Assembly: GCA_038922795.1 (NCBI GenBank)
Contig: JBCKWI010000002.1
Location: forward strand, 2,756-66,755
Direction: 5' to 3'
From: Gammaproteobacteria bacterium
GTDB taxonomy: Bacteria > Pseudomonadota > Gammaproteobacteria > Eutrophobiales > Eutrophobiaceae
Length of the DNA: 64,000 nt
Shown here: piece by piece, positions 47,240 through 56,249 of the stretch
Numbering within the stretch: position 1 is the stretch's first letter
Layout of the letters: every line of letters starts with the position of its first letter
Notes under the pieces: generated by a model
The model's database searches: none
Told to the model about the DNA's origin: nothing
What the model saw: only the letters and a program-made list of their open reading frames with translations
Position numbers and translations under genes: made by a program

Positions 47240-48597
47240 TTAACGGCAAGATACTGGTTGTTGACGATGAGCCTGATATACGCAGCATCGTCAAGGAAAT
47301 CCTCGAAGATGAAGGGTTTACGGTTGATATCGCAGAAGATGCCGAACAGGCAAGACATTTACGCAAAACCTTCAGCCCTGATCTGGTTTTACTTGATATC
47401 TGGATGCCAGGCACCGATGGCATATCACTGTTGAAGGAATGGAAAGAAACAAAGGCGCTTGATATACCTGTGATCATGATGTCAGGACATGGGACTGTTG
47501 AAACAGCTGTGGAGGCTACCAAAGTTGGTGCTTACGATTTTATAGAAAAACCCCTCTCGCTTGCCAAATTAATCCTCACGGTCAACCACGCCTTCGAAAA
47601 TATTTCTCTGCAACAGGAAAACGAGCGGCTGCGCACCCAATCCCGTTATGTAGACCTGCCTTCGGGGAAAAGCAGGGTCATGCGGCAATTACATGAACAG
47701 ATTGCCCGCATCGCAAATCACAACACACCCGTGTTGATTATAGGTGAATCTGGATCAGAAAAAGAGTTCTTTGCGCGTGTTTTACACCGGCAGAGCAATC
47801 TATCTGAGGCCCCCTTTATCTCTGTCAGCGTGTCCGCATTATCACCAGATAATGCCATTCCCGCATTATACGGCAGTGAAGAGCAGGGCATCATACGCAA
47901 GGGACTGATAGAAATAGCTGATGGCGGAATATTGTTCCTCAAGGATATTGCTGATATGGACATCACCTTGCAGGCCAGACTGCAAGATACCATCGAAAAC
48001 CAGTTATTCACCCGGGTGGGTGGTGCGGAAACACACAGCATCAATGTCAGGTTTATTGCGGCCACCAACCAGCATCTGGAAGAACTGGTACAGGCCGGGA
48101 AATTCAGGGATGATCTTTATTACCAGTTGAATGTGTTGCCTTTGAAAATACCGCCTCTGCGTGATCATCATGAGGACATCCCTGAGCTGCTGGATTTTTT
48201 CATCGATTACTTTGTTCAACAACAAGACCTGCCGCGCAGGCAATTCAATGCCGCCGCCCATAATTACTTGCGTAACTATACCTGGCCGGGGAATATACGC
48301 GAATTGAAAAATCTCGTACAAAGACTATTGATCCTTGGTACCCGGATGAATATTGATATAGACGAAATAGAAATAGCACTGGGCAAACAGCAAAATCAGA
48401 CACATGACAAGGAATTTAACGCGAATTTCGAACTGCCATTACGCCAGGCCCGCGAACAGTTTGAAAAAGCCTATTTACAATATAAACTTGAACGTGCCAA
48501 TGGCAGCGTCAGCAGGGTCGCCGGCGATATCGGCATGGAGCGCACGCATTTGTACAGAAAATTAAAATCGCTTGGCATCGATATCAAACCTGACTGA
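47236..48597 (+). CDS. ntrX: NtrX-like response regulator (REC, degenerate AAA+, HTH)
   Basis: 453 aa with REC motifs (VVDDEPDIR, LLDIWMPG) and a bEBP-like central domain. Walker A reads GESGSEKE, Walker B reads LFLKD, and there is no GAFTGA. Confidence 0.8.
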   Translation: MINGKILVVDDEPDIRSIVKEILEDEGFTVDIAEDAEQARHLRKTFSPDLVLLDIWMPGTDGISLLKEWKETKALDIPVIMMSGHGTVETAVEATKVGAYDFIEKPLSLAKLILTVNHAFENISLQQENERLRTQSRYVDLPSGKSRVMRQLHEQIARIANHNTPVLIIGESGSEKEFFARVLHRQSNLSEAPFISVSVSALSPDNAIPALYGSEEQGIIRKGLIEIADGGILFLKDIADMDITLQARLQDTIENQLFTRVGGAETHSINVRFIAATNQHLEELVQAGKFRDDLYYQLNVLPLKIPPLRDHHEDIPELLDFFIDYFVQQQDLPRRQFNAAAHNYLRNYTWPGNIRELKNLVQRLLILGTRMNIDIDEIEIALGKQQNQTHDKEFNANFELPLRQAREQFEKAYLQYKLERANGSVSRVAGDIGMERTHLYRKLKSLGIDIKPD

Positions 48598-48666
48598 TTT
48601 TCTAAACCTGTAATCTTTCATGAATAGTTTAGAACTCATACTCATTCTTTTCCGGATAGCCGTTTT

Positions 48667-50040
48667 ATGAAAATTATTATCCTCGGGGCAGGACAGGTCG
48701 GTTCATCGGTGGCTGCAAACCTGGTCAGCGAAGCAAACGATATCACCGTGATCGACTCAAACCCTGATTGTTTGCAGAGTTTGAGTGAGCGATTTGATTT
48801 ACGCACCATAGTTGGAGTGGCATCTCATCCATCCGTACTGGCAAATGCAGGGGCAAAAGATGCCGATATGATTATTGCTGTTACCAACAGTGATGAGACC
48901 AATATGATTGCCTGTCAGGTCGCCTATACGCTATTTCATACACCCACCAAGATTGCCCGTGTCCGTAATAATGAATATCTCAAAAACCCTGCCCTGTTTT
49001 CCCAGGAGGCACTGCCGATAGATGTGCTAATCAGCCCGGAACAGGTGGTTACTGAATATATTGAAAGGCTCATCAGTTTTCCCGGCGCATTGCAGGTGCT
49101 GGACTTTGCGAATGGCATGGCACAAATGGTCGCTGTCTCGGCACAATACAGCGGAACCCTGGCAGGAAAGAGGGTGTGTGATATTTGCAGTAAATTACCT
49201 GAAATTGAAATCCGTATCGTCGCTATATTTCGCGTCGGCAGATCGATCATCCCTGACGGCAATACGGAGATAGAACCAAACGATGAGGTGTTTTTTATCG
49301 GTGCCCCGAAACATATTCGTACATTACTTAAAGCCATACGCAGTACAGAGAAGGCCGCAAAGCGCATCATTATCGCGGGCGGCGGTAATATCGGAATGCG
49401 CCTAGCCAAGGTGCTTGAGGACCGTTATCAGGTCAAACTTATTGAGATCAACAGTCACCGGGCCAAGGAAGTCTCCGAACTTCTCAAGAAAACAATTGTT
49501 CTGCAAGGGGATGTTGCCGATGAAGATCTGCTCATGGAAGAAAATATAGAAAATACTGATGTGTTTTGTGCCCTGACCAATGCTGACGAGGCGAACATCA
49601 TCTCTGCCATGCTGGCAAAGCGTCTGGGCGCCCGCAAGGTTATGGCACTGATCAACCGTGCCGCCTATGTCGATCTTGTGCAGAGTAATGTGATCGATAT
49701 CGCCATTTCTCCACAGCAGGCCACCATCGGCAGTCTGCTGGCACACATCAGGAAAGGTGACGTGGTAGTTGTACATTCCCTGCGCCGTGGCGCGGCAGAG
49801 GCCATCGAGGCGATTGCTCACGGAGATTCAAACTCATCCAAGGTTGTCGGCCGTAAAATAGATGAGATCAAGCTGCCACCTGATACCAGCATCGGCGCGA
49901 TAGTGCGTGGAGAGAGTGTCATTATCGCCCACCATGACACTGTCATTGAAGCCGAGGACCACGTGATCCTGCTGGTGGCTGACAAGAAACAGGTGCATAA
50001 AGTGGAAAAGTTATTTCAGGTCGGCATCACCTTCCTTTAA
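48667..50040 (+). CDS. trkA: Trk potassium uptake protein TrkA
   Basis: 457 aa starting MKIIILGAGQVGSSVA, with two Rossmann-fold (GxGxxG) domains. Confidence 0.95.
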   Translation: MKIIILGAGQVGSSVAANLVSEANDITVIDSNPDCLQSLSERFDLRTIVGVASHPSVLANAGAKDADMIIAVTNSDETNMIACQVAYTLFHTPTKIARVRNNEYLKNPALFSQEALPIDVLISPEQVVTEYIERLISFPGALQVLDFANGMAQMVAVSAQYSGTLAGKRVCDICSKLPEIEIRIVAIFRVGRSIIPDGNTEIEPNDEVFFIGAPKHIRTLLKAIRSTEKAAKRIIIAGGGNIGMRLAKVLEDRYQVKLIEINSHRAKEVSELLKKTIVLQGDVADEDLLMEENIENTDVFCALTNADEANIISAMLAKRLGARKVMALINRAAYVDLVQSNVIDIAISPQQATIGSLLAHIRKGDVVVVHSLRRGAAEAIEAIAHGDSNSSKVVGRKIDEIKLPPDTSIGAIVRGESVIIAHHDTVIEAEDHVILLVADKKQVHKVEKLFQVGITFL

Positions 50041-50057
50041 TACCCTTGATATAACTT

Positions 50058-51509
50058 ATGCAATTTACCGTCATCCAGCGGATACTTGGCATACTACTCT
50101 CACTGTTCAGTCTGACCCAGTTGCCACCGCTGCTTATTGCGTGGTGGCTGGATGAAACCGCACTCGTTGCATTTCTCATATCCTTTTGCATCATCCTGTT
50201 CACGGGATTACTGCTATGGCTTCCGGTCAGAAATATCCGCACTGATTTACGCCTGCGGGACGGTTTTTTTGTTGTTGTGTTGTTCTGGGCGGGTTTGGGG
50301 ATCACCGGGGCCATACCCCTTGCACTCTCGGAACAACCTCACCTATCCATTACCGATGCTATATTCGAGTCCATGTCCGGACTGACCACGACCGGGGCCA
50401 CTGTGATCACCGGCATAGATTATCTGCCGAAATCCATATTGTTTTACCGGCACGAACTGCAATGGCTGGGCGGTATGGGGATTATCGTTTTGGCCGTCGC
50501 CATACTGCCATTGCTGGGGATCGGCGGTATGCAGCTCTACAAGGCAGAGATCCCCGGACCATTGAAGGATGCAAAGATGACGCCACGGATCACGGAAACG
50601 GCAAAGGCACTATGGTATATCTATCTGTCCATGACGGCGGCTTGCGCACTCCTGTACTGGTTGGCAGGCATGTCTCTGTTTGATGCGGTCGCTCACAGTT
50701 TCTCTACTATCGCGACCGGTGGCTTTTCCACGCATGACCAGAGCATCGGGTTCTTTGACAACCGCGCCATAGAAGCGATTGCGGTGGTCTTCATGGTGTT
50801 GTCAGGGATTAATTTCACTTTACATTTTCTTGCCTGGCAAAATACCAGTCTTAAACCATACATCAATGACTCCGAGCTCAAGGCCTATTTCACATTTCTT
50901 TTTGCCATCAGCATTGTTTGTTGTGTCTACCTGATTATCAAAGGCAATTACCCTGGTGTAATGCCCGCCATTTCTGAAGGAATATTCCAGGCAGTCTCTA
51001 TTGCCACAACGACAGGTTTTACCACAACCCAATACCATCTGTGGCCGGATTTCTTGCCGGTATTACTGATTTTTTCCAGTTTCGTCGGCGCCTGTGCAGT
51101 CTCGACCGGCGGCGGCATCAAAGTCGTCCGGGTACTACTCCTGTTCAGACAGGGATTGCGCGAGATAAAACGTCTTGTTCACCCCAATGCCATCTTCACA
51201 ATCAAGGTCAATAACAGACCTGTTCCGGAAAGAGTCATTAATGCCATATGGGGTTACTTCGCAACCTACATCAGTGTCTTTGCCCTGTTACTCCTGTTGC
51301 TGATGGCCACCGGGCTTGACCAGGTGACTGCCTTCTCGGCGGTCGCCGCCTGTATCAATAATCTCGGTCCGGGTCTGGGCTCCGTCAGTGAGCATTACGG
51401 TAATATCAACAATACTGCCAAATGGTTGTTGTGTTTTGCCATGTTGCTCGGGCGGCTGGAGATATTTACCCTGCTGGTCCTGTTTACCCCGGCCTTCTGG
51501 CGTAAATAA
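50058..51509 (+). CDS. trkH: Trk system potassium transporter TrkH
   Basis: 483-aa polytopic membrane protein directly after trkA. Confidence 0.93.
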   Translation: MQFTVIQRILGILLSLFSLTQLPPLLIAWWLDETALVAFLISFCIILFTGLLLWLPVRNIRTDLRLRDGFFVVVLFWAGLGITGAIPLALSEQPHLSITDAIFESMSGLTTTGATVITGIDYLPKSILFYRHELQWLGGMGIIVLAVAILPLLGIGGMQLYKAEIPGPLKDAKMTPRITETAKALWYIYLSMTAACALLYWLAGMSLFDAVAHSFSTIATGGFSTHDQSIGFFDNRAIEAIAVVFMVLSGINFTLHFLAWQNTSLKPYINDSELKAYFTFLFAISIVCCVYLIIKGNYPGVMPAISEGIFQAVSIATTTGFTTTQYHLWPDFLPVLLIFSSFVGACAVSTGGGIKVVRVLLLFRQGLREIKRLVHPNAIFTIKVNNRPVPERVINAIWGYFATYISVFALLLLLLMATGLDQVTAFSAVAACINNLGPGLGSVSEHYGNINNTAKWLLCFAMLLGRLEIFTLLVLFTPAFWRK

Positions 51510-51512
51510 TTC

Positions 51513-52091
51513 ATGCCTAACACTGATGCTGAAAAATGGAACGCCATTTATGCGGCAGGTGGCCACGCCCGCGATGGGCCTGCGAGGGTATTACAGGAAT
51601 TTGCTCACCTCTTGCCGGACACAGGCACGGCATTGGATCTGGCCTGCGGCAGAGGTGCAAATGCACTGTTTCTTGCTGAGAAAGGATTCAGGGTATATGC
51701 CTGGGATATTGCTGAAGAGGCCATAGCCAACCTGAACAACAAAGCGAGCGATCTTCATCTCACGCTCGAAACACGACTCTGTGATGTAACAGCAGGGCCT
51801 CCATCCGCGGACAGTTTTGATATCATCGTGGTGAGTTATTTTCTGGAGAGAGCATTGATGCCATCAATTATCAATGCCCTCCGGGAGAATGGTCTGCTTT
51901 TTTATCAAACCTTTATCCGGGCACGTATCGATGATACTGGTCCACGTAACAATAATTACCGTCTTGGTGAAAATGAATTATTGCATCTCTGCCACGATCT
52001 ACATATTGTTCTCTACCATGAGGAAGGCATGATTGGTAATACTCAACAGGGACTCAGAAACGAGGCCATGCTCATCGGGCAACGCCGTTAA
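51513..52091 (+). CDS. Class I SAM-dependent methyltransferase (TehB-like)
   Basis: 192 aa with a motif I ALDLACGRGANALFLA. Confidence 0.75.
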   Translation: MPNTDAEKWNAIYAAGGHARDGPARVLQEFAHLLPDTGTALDLACGRGANALFLAEKGFRVYAWDIAEEAIANLNNKASDLHLTLETRLCDVTAGPPSADSFDIIVVSYFLERALMPSIINALRENGLLFYQTFIRARIDDTGPRNNNYRLGENELLHLCHDLHIVLYHEEGMIGNTQQGLRNEAMLIGQRR

Positions 52092-52094
52092 AGG

Positions 52095-52225
52095 GTTAGA
52101 GTAACTCAGCAATTTGTCATTTCGACCAGCGGGAGAAATCTTGTAATTTATAACTCGTGTGAGATTTCTCGCTACGCTCGAAATGACAACAATATATGTT
52201 AATGAGATTACCCATAATTAAAAGT
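52095..52225. repeat. Degenerate relative of the type-2 MITE core (long imperfect palindrome)
   Basis: gtcatttcgaccagcgggagaaatct...agatttctcgctacgctcgaaatgac (52116-52187), similar to the cores at 54434-54569 and 59627-59811. The ends are poorly conserved. Confidence 0.6.
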
Positions 52226-52232
52226 AACTACT

Positions 52233-52568
52233 ATGGACATCATAAAAAATCTTGAAGCAATGATCCTTAAAGGACAGGACAACGCCCTGGTCCGTTACAG
52301 CCTGGGCAATGAATATGCCCGGGCCAAAAAATTTACCGAGGCCATCAAACACCTGGATCGTGCCATCGAACTTGACCCTGATTACTCCGCAGCATGGAAA
52401 CTCTATGGCAAGGCTCTTGCTGGCAACAACCAGTTCAATGAAGCCATCAAGGCTTACGAGAAAGGGATTGTTGTTGCAGAAAAAAAAGGCGACATCCAGG
52501 CAGCCAAAGAGATGAAAGTGTTTTTGAAAAGGTTGAAGAGTCCAGGCCAGGATAACACTGCAAAATAG
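52233..52568 (+). CDS. Small tetratricopeptide-repeat protein
   Basis: 111 aa with TPR-like repeats (FTEAIKHLDRAIELDPDYSAAWKLYGKAL...). Confidence 0.75.
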   Translation: MDIIKNLEAMILKGQDNALVRYSLGNEYARAKKFTEAIKHLDRAIELDPDYSAAWKLYGKALAGNNQFNEAIKAYEKGIVVAEKKGDIQAAKEMKVFLKRLKSPGQDNTAK

Positions 52569-52569
52569 A

Positions 52570-52604
52570 TACACCCCTCGTGTGCTCCATGCACGAGGGG
52601 TGTA
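52570..52604. other. 13-bp perfect stem-loop just after the TPR gene (no T-run)
   Basis: tacacccctcgtg tgctccatg cacgaggggtgta. The loop resembles the GCATCCATGC motif of the other repeats. Confidence 0.6.
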
Positions 52605-52633
52605 CATTACATCCTTGTAAATAAAATATAACT

Positions 52634-52726
52634 TAAGGAACCTCTGATTAAGTCTAGAAATTCTTTGAATCGTCATTCTGGCGTAGGCCAGCATGACGGT
52701 GAAGATACTTATTCAGAGGTTCCTTA
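52634..52726. mobile_element. MITE copy A1 (type-1 core, internally deleted), TA-flanked
   Basis: TA|AGGAACCTCTGATTAAG...CTTATTCAGAGGTTCCT|TA. The core matches 60707-60843 but lacks about 50 bp between two ccag motifs. Confidence 0.8.
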
Positions 52727-52739
52727 ATGGTTCCTGCAT

Positions 52740-54413
52740 ATGCCATCAAAAAATATATATCTTCTTGTTATTGTTGTTGCAATCACGTTTTTTACATACC
52801 TTCCTGCTGCCGGCGGCCCTTATCTGTCTGATGATTATCCTAATCTGGTAAATAACAACAAGATTCTCCTGCAAGAAATAACATTAAAAACCATCAAAGA
52901 GGCCGCATTATCATCCTCTTCCAGTTTGTTCGGCCGGCCGCTTTCGATGTTGAGTTTCACAATTAATTACACACTGACCGGAAATAAAGATCCGTATTTT
53001 GTAAAATTAACTAATATCTTTATTCATATTATTACAGGGATTGGTATATTCATTCTAACCAGAATATTACTGGCACATCTAATCACCATCTCTTCCAGAG
53101 AAAATGAATTAATCCAGCCTGTCTCATTATTTGCCACCACATTCTGGTTGTTACATCCCCTGTATGTTTCCACTGTCCTGTATTCAGTACAACGCATGAC
53201 CTTGCTGAGCGCGTTTTTTATTATCTATGGACTGATTACATACATAAAGCTGAGGGAGCATACTGTTAAATACAATCGACATTATCCGTTATTAATCACG
53301 TCACTGGTTCTGTTTACAGCACTGGCTTTTTTATCTAAAGAGAGCGGCGCGCTATTACCTGTTTTTGCCCTGTTGGTAGAGATTTCAGTATTCAGGTTTC
53401 AGGCACACAGGGATGCCGGTAAATTTATAAAGATAATCCATAAATTATCATTATATCTGCCTGCCTTGTTTATAGTTTCATATCTGGCATTTAAATACTT
53501 TACGCTGATGGGGGAAACTATACCGCCCCACTATTTCACATCCGAACAAAGATTGCTGACCCAGGCGCGGGTACTCATACACTATATTGGATGGTTATCT
53601 TTGCTGAATCCGATGCCTATGAGTCTTTATCATGTTGACTTCGAACTGTCCACCGGGTTGTTCACTCCGCCAACCACATTAATTTCAATATTTTTTATAA
53701 TGTCATTACTGATTATCAGTATTGTATCCTTCATCAAAAGAAAATTTCTGATTCTGAGTTTCGGACTGGCCTGGTTTTTTATCGGACATATGATTGAATC
53801 CACGACAATTCCGTTAACATTAATGTATGAACACAGAAATTATCTGCCGGGTTACGGCATATTATTAATACTGTCTTTTTATTATTTAAAAATCATATAC
53901 ACCAGAACAGACAGCCAAAAGAAAGCATTACTGATCTCCTGCATACTTATCCTGCCTCTGGTATTGACATATGAGAGAACACAGGCATGGAAGAATGATA
54001 AAAGTTTTGTTATCAATATGCTGGAAAAACAACCCAGTTTTTCCTGGGCATGGGAAGAAGCCGCATTATTTCTGTCAACTAGAAGCAATTTTAAAGAAGC
54101 TTACAAAGCTGCTCAATATGCACAGACCCTGGCCCCTGAAGAATCAACCCATGTTTTTACAGAGGCATTTATGCGTTGCAGGCATGAACCCGAAAAGAGT
54201 TTTCCAGAACCCCTGATCTCAAAACTTTTAACTGCAGTAAAAAGTGAAAAACTGAAACCTATCGATCTGACCAGATACAGAGATATGATTAATACTTGCA
54301 TCTGGTCAGAAGTGAATCATGAAACCCTGAAAGAAATTTATGTCATTGGACTGGAAAATAAGAACCATTTATTCCGGAAATTCAGTATTAATGCATTAAA
54401 TGTGAAACGTTGA
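52740..54413 (+). CDS. Polytopic membrane protein with a C-terminal TPR-like region; GT-C/TMTC-like putative glycosyltransferase
   Basis: 557 aa. An N-terminal loop motif YLSDDYPNLVNN follows TM1, then many TM segments and a soluble alpha-helical C-terminus. Family assignment is from memory only. Confidence 0.5.
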   Translation: MPSKNIYLLVIVVAITFFTYLPAAGGPYLSDDYPNLVNNNKILLQEITLKTIKEAALSSSSSLFGRPLSMLSFTINYTLTGNKDPYFVKLTNIFIHIITGIGIFILTRILLAHLITISSRENELIQPVSLFATTFWLLHPLYVSTVLYSVQRMTLLSAFFIIYGLITYIKLREHTVKYNRHYPLLITSLVLFTALAFLSKESGALLPVFALLVEISVFRFQAHRDAGKFIKIIHKLSLYLPALFIVSYLAFKYFTLMGETIPPHYFTSEQRLLTQARVLIHYIGWLSLLNPMPMSLYHVDFELSTGLFTPPTTLISIFFIMSLLIISIVSFIKRKFLILSFGLAWFFIGHMIESTTIPLTLMYEHRNYLPGYGILLILSFYYLKIIYTRTDSQKKALLISCILILPLVLTYERTQAWKNDKSFVINMLEKQPSFSWAWEEAALFLSTRSNFKEAYKAAQYAQTLAPEESTHVFTEAFMRCRHEPEKSFPEPLISKLLTAVKSEKLKPIDLTRYRDMINTCIWSEVNHETLKEIYVIGLENKNHLFRKFSINALNVKR

Positions 54414-54433
54414 TAATGAATATTATTATATTC

Positions 54434-54569
54434 TAAGGAACCTCTGATTAAGGTGTCATTTCGAGCAAAGCGAGAAATCTGTAGTTAAAAATGTCAACCA
54501 AAAACAAATAACTGCGAGATTTTTCCCTACGGTCGAAATGATAATAACAACTTAATCAGAGGTTCCCTA
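54434..54569. mobile_element. MITE copy A2 (type-2 core), TA-flanked
   Basis: TA|AGGAACCTCTGATTAAGGTGTCATTTCGAGC...CTTAATCAGAGGTTCCC|TA. The right TA plus the terminal C forms the pyrD stop codon. Confidence 0.85.
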
Positions 54570-55517
54570 ATTATTCAATACCAGAGTGCCTGTCAAATCA
54601 GCTATGTTGTCAATATTATTATCATCAAGATATTCAACCAGTTCCTTATTGAGTTGCTTGCATAACAACGGATCATAAAACAGTGCCGTTCCTATACCCA
54701 CTGCCGCGGCACCGGCAATGATGAATTCAAGGGCATCGTGGGTATTGGTAATCCCGCCCTGTCCTATAATTGGAATATTGTTCTTCTTGCTCACCTGATA
54801 GACCTGATGGACCTTCAGTAATGCAATGGGTTTGATGGCAGGCCCGGAGAGCCCGCCCCGGTTGTTGCCAATCACCGGTCTGCGTTCTTTAATATCGATC
54901 GCCATGCCGGCAATGGTATTGATAACCGCCAGAGCATCAGTCCCCGCTTCTATGCAACGGCGGGCATTTTCAGCAATGTCGGTCTGATTGGGCGAGAGTT
55001 TGGTAATTAATGGCTTCTGTGTGGCCTTACGGCAGACTTCCACGACCCGGGCTGACATATCAGGATTATTCCCGAACTCAACGCCGCCCTCCTTGACGTT
55101 GGGACAGGAAATATTGATTTCCATCGCATCGATTGGAGAATCATCAAAGATACGGGTAACCTCATAATATTCATTAACTGTTGAACCGGATATATTTGCA
55201 ATAAAACGCGTTTCGGTGAAATCCAGGGCCGGCAAATATTCATCAACTACTTTACGCGCACCGGGATTTTGCAGACCGATGGAATTCAGCATCCCCATAT
55301 AGGTCTCGGCAATCCGGTGTGGCGGGTTGCCCAGCCGTGGCGCCAGTGTTGTTCCCTTGAGGCAGATTGCGCCCACATCAGTATTGGAAAACCCATTGAT
55401 GCGTGTATATTCCTCGCCGAAGCCGGCGCAACCTGACAATAACACCAGTGGGGTACTGAATTTCAATCCACAAAAATCAATGGACAACATTTTTTTATCT
55501 TTATTATTTACCGGCAT
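54567..55517 (-). CDS. pyrD: Dihydroorotate dehydrogenase, class 1 type (catalytic Cys)
   Basis: 316 aa with EINISCPNVKEGG (Cys base, class 1) and IIGQGGI motifs. A Met at codon 10 (MLSIDF) is an alternative start. Confidence 0.8.
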   Translation of the reverse strand: MPVNNKDKKMLSIDFCGLKFSTPLVLLSGCAGFGEEYTRINGFSNTDVGAICLKGTTLAPRLGNPPHRIAETYMGMLNSIGLQNPGARKVVDEYLPALDFTETRFIANISGSTVNEYYEVTRIFDDSPIDAMEINISCPNVKEGGVEFGNNPDMSARVVEVCRKATQKPLITKLSPNQTDIAENARRCIEAGTDALAVINTIAGMAIDIKERRPVIGNNRGGLSGPAIKPIALLKVHQVYQVSKKNNIPIIGQGGITNTHDALEFIIAGAAAVGIGTALFYDPLLCKQLNKELVEYLDDNNIDNIADLTGTLVLNN

Positions 55518-55559
55518 TTTCTTACGTTACATAATTATTCGTGGCTCTAAATCACCTCA

Positions 55560-55720
55560 GTAGACGAAAAGTTTTAGTGTCTTCCCTCGCCCCATCCCTC
55601 GGTAACTGCTCCCGGCGTTTCTCTACCTTCTGCATCCATGCAGTCGTCTCCCGGAGGGAGGGGGGGTTCTTGCCTCTCCCTCCGGGAGAGGCCGCGCGTA
55701 GCGCGGGTGAGGGTAATATA
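55560..55720. repeat. Repeat cluster: CTC-associated hairpin element (55601-55648) inside a CCCTC|TCCC hairpin repeat, followed by GC hairpins
   Basis: About 100 bp is colinear with 1700-1800. It also contains cctctccctccgggagagg and ccgcgcgtagcgcggg hairpins. Confidence 0.8.
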
Positions 55721-55787
55721 TTCTTTGCCCACTGATCAGACAGGTGTAAGGTAGATATCATAACGTTTTGATGATCAACAAACGATA

Positions 55788-56249
55788 ATGTTTAACATCG
55801 TACTTTACCAGCCGGAGATCCCGCCTAATACCGGCAACATTATACGCCTGTGCGCAAACACCGGTGCAATCCTGCATCTTGTCCATCCGCTGGGTTTTGA
55901 TCTGGATGACAAAAAACTGAGACGGGCCGGGCTAGATTATGCCGAGTGGGCGAAACTATACCATTACCCGGATATTGAATCATGTCTGGAGAAAACCGGG
56001 CGCGGAAGGACATTTGCAATCTCAACCAAGGGCAAAAACATCTACAGTCATTGCCACTTCGAAAAAGGAGATACTTTCATCTTCGGCCCGGAAACACGCG
56101 GACTGCCCGCCAGCTTTCTTGAATCACTACCCCCCGATCAGGTACTGCGCATACCCATGCAACCATACAGCCGCAGCCTGAATCTCTCCAATGCGGTCTC
56201 TGTCATATTGTATGAAGCTTGGCGGCAGAAAAATTTCGCTTCTTCCTAA
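55788..56249 (+). CDS. trmL: tRNA (cytidine/uridine34-2'-O)-methyltransferase TrmL (SpoU/YibK)
   Basis: 153 aa starting MFNIVLYQPEIPPNTGNIIRLCANTG. Confidence 0.9.
   Translation: MFNIVLYQPEIPPNTGNIIRLCANTGAILHLVHPLGFDLDDKKLRRAGLDYAEWAKLYHYPDIESCLEKTGRGRTFAISTKGKNIYSHCHFEKGDTFIFGPETRGLPASFLESLPPDQVLRIPMQPYSRSLNLSNAVSVILYEAWRQKNFASS

Noticed and set aside
52218-52694. 158-aa ORF antisense to the small TPR gene.
   Set aside because: The plus-strand ORF has clear TPR periodicity and a sensible start. The antisense ORF runs into MITE A1.
52634-54569. A MITE pair plus the enclosed gene acting as a composite transposon. The same idea applies to 59627-60843.
   Set aside because: Each MITE has its own TA flanks. 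The two ends are different core types, and their orientation relative to the gene is not mirrored between the two cases. Independent intergenic insertions are the simpler explanation.
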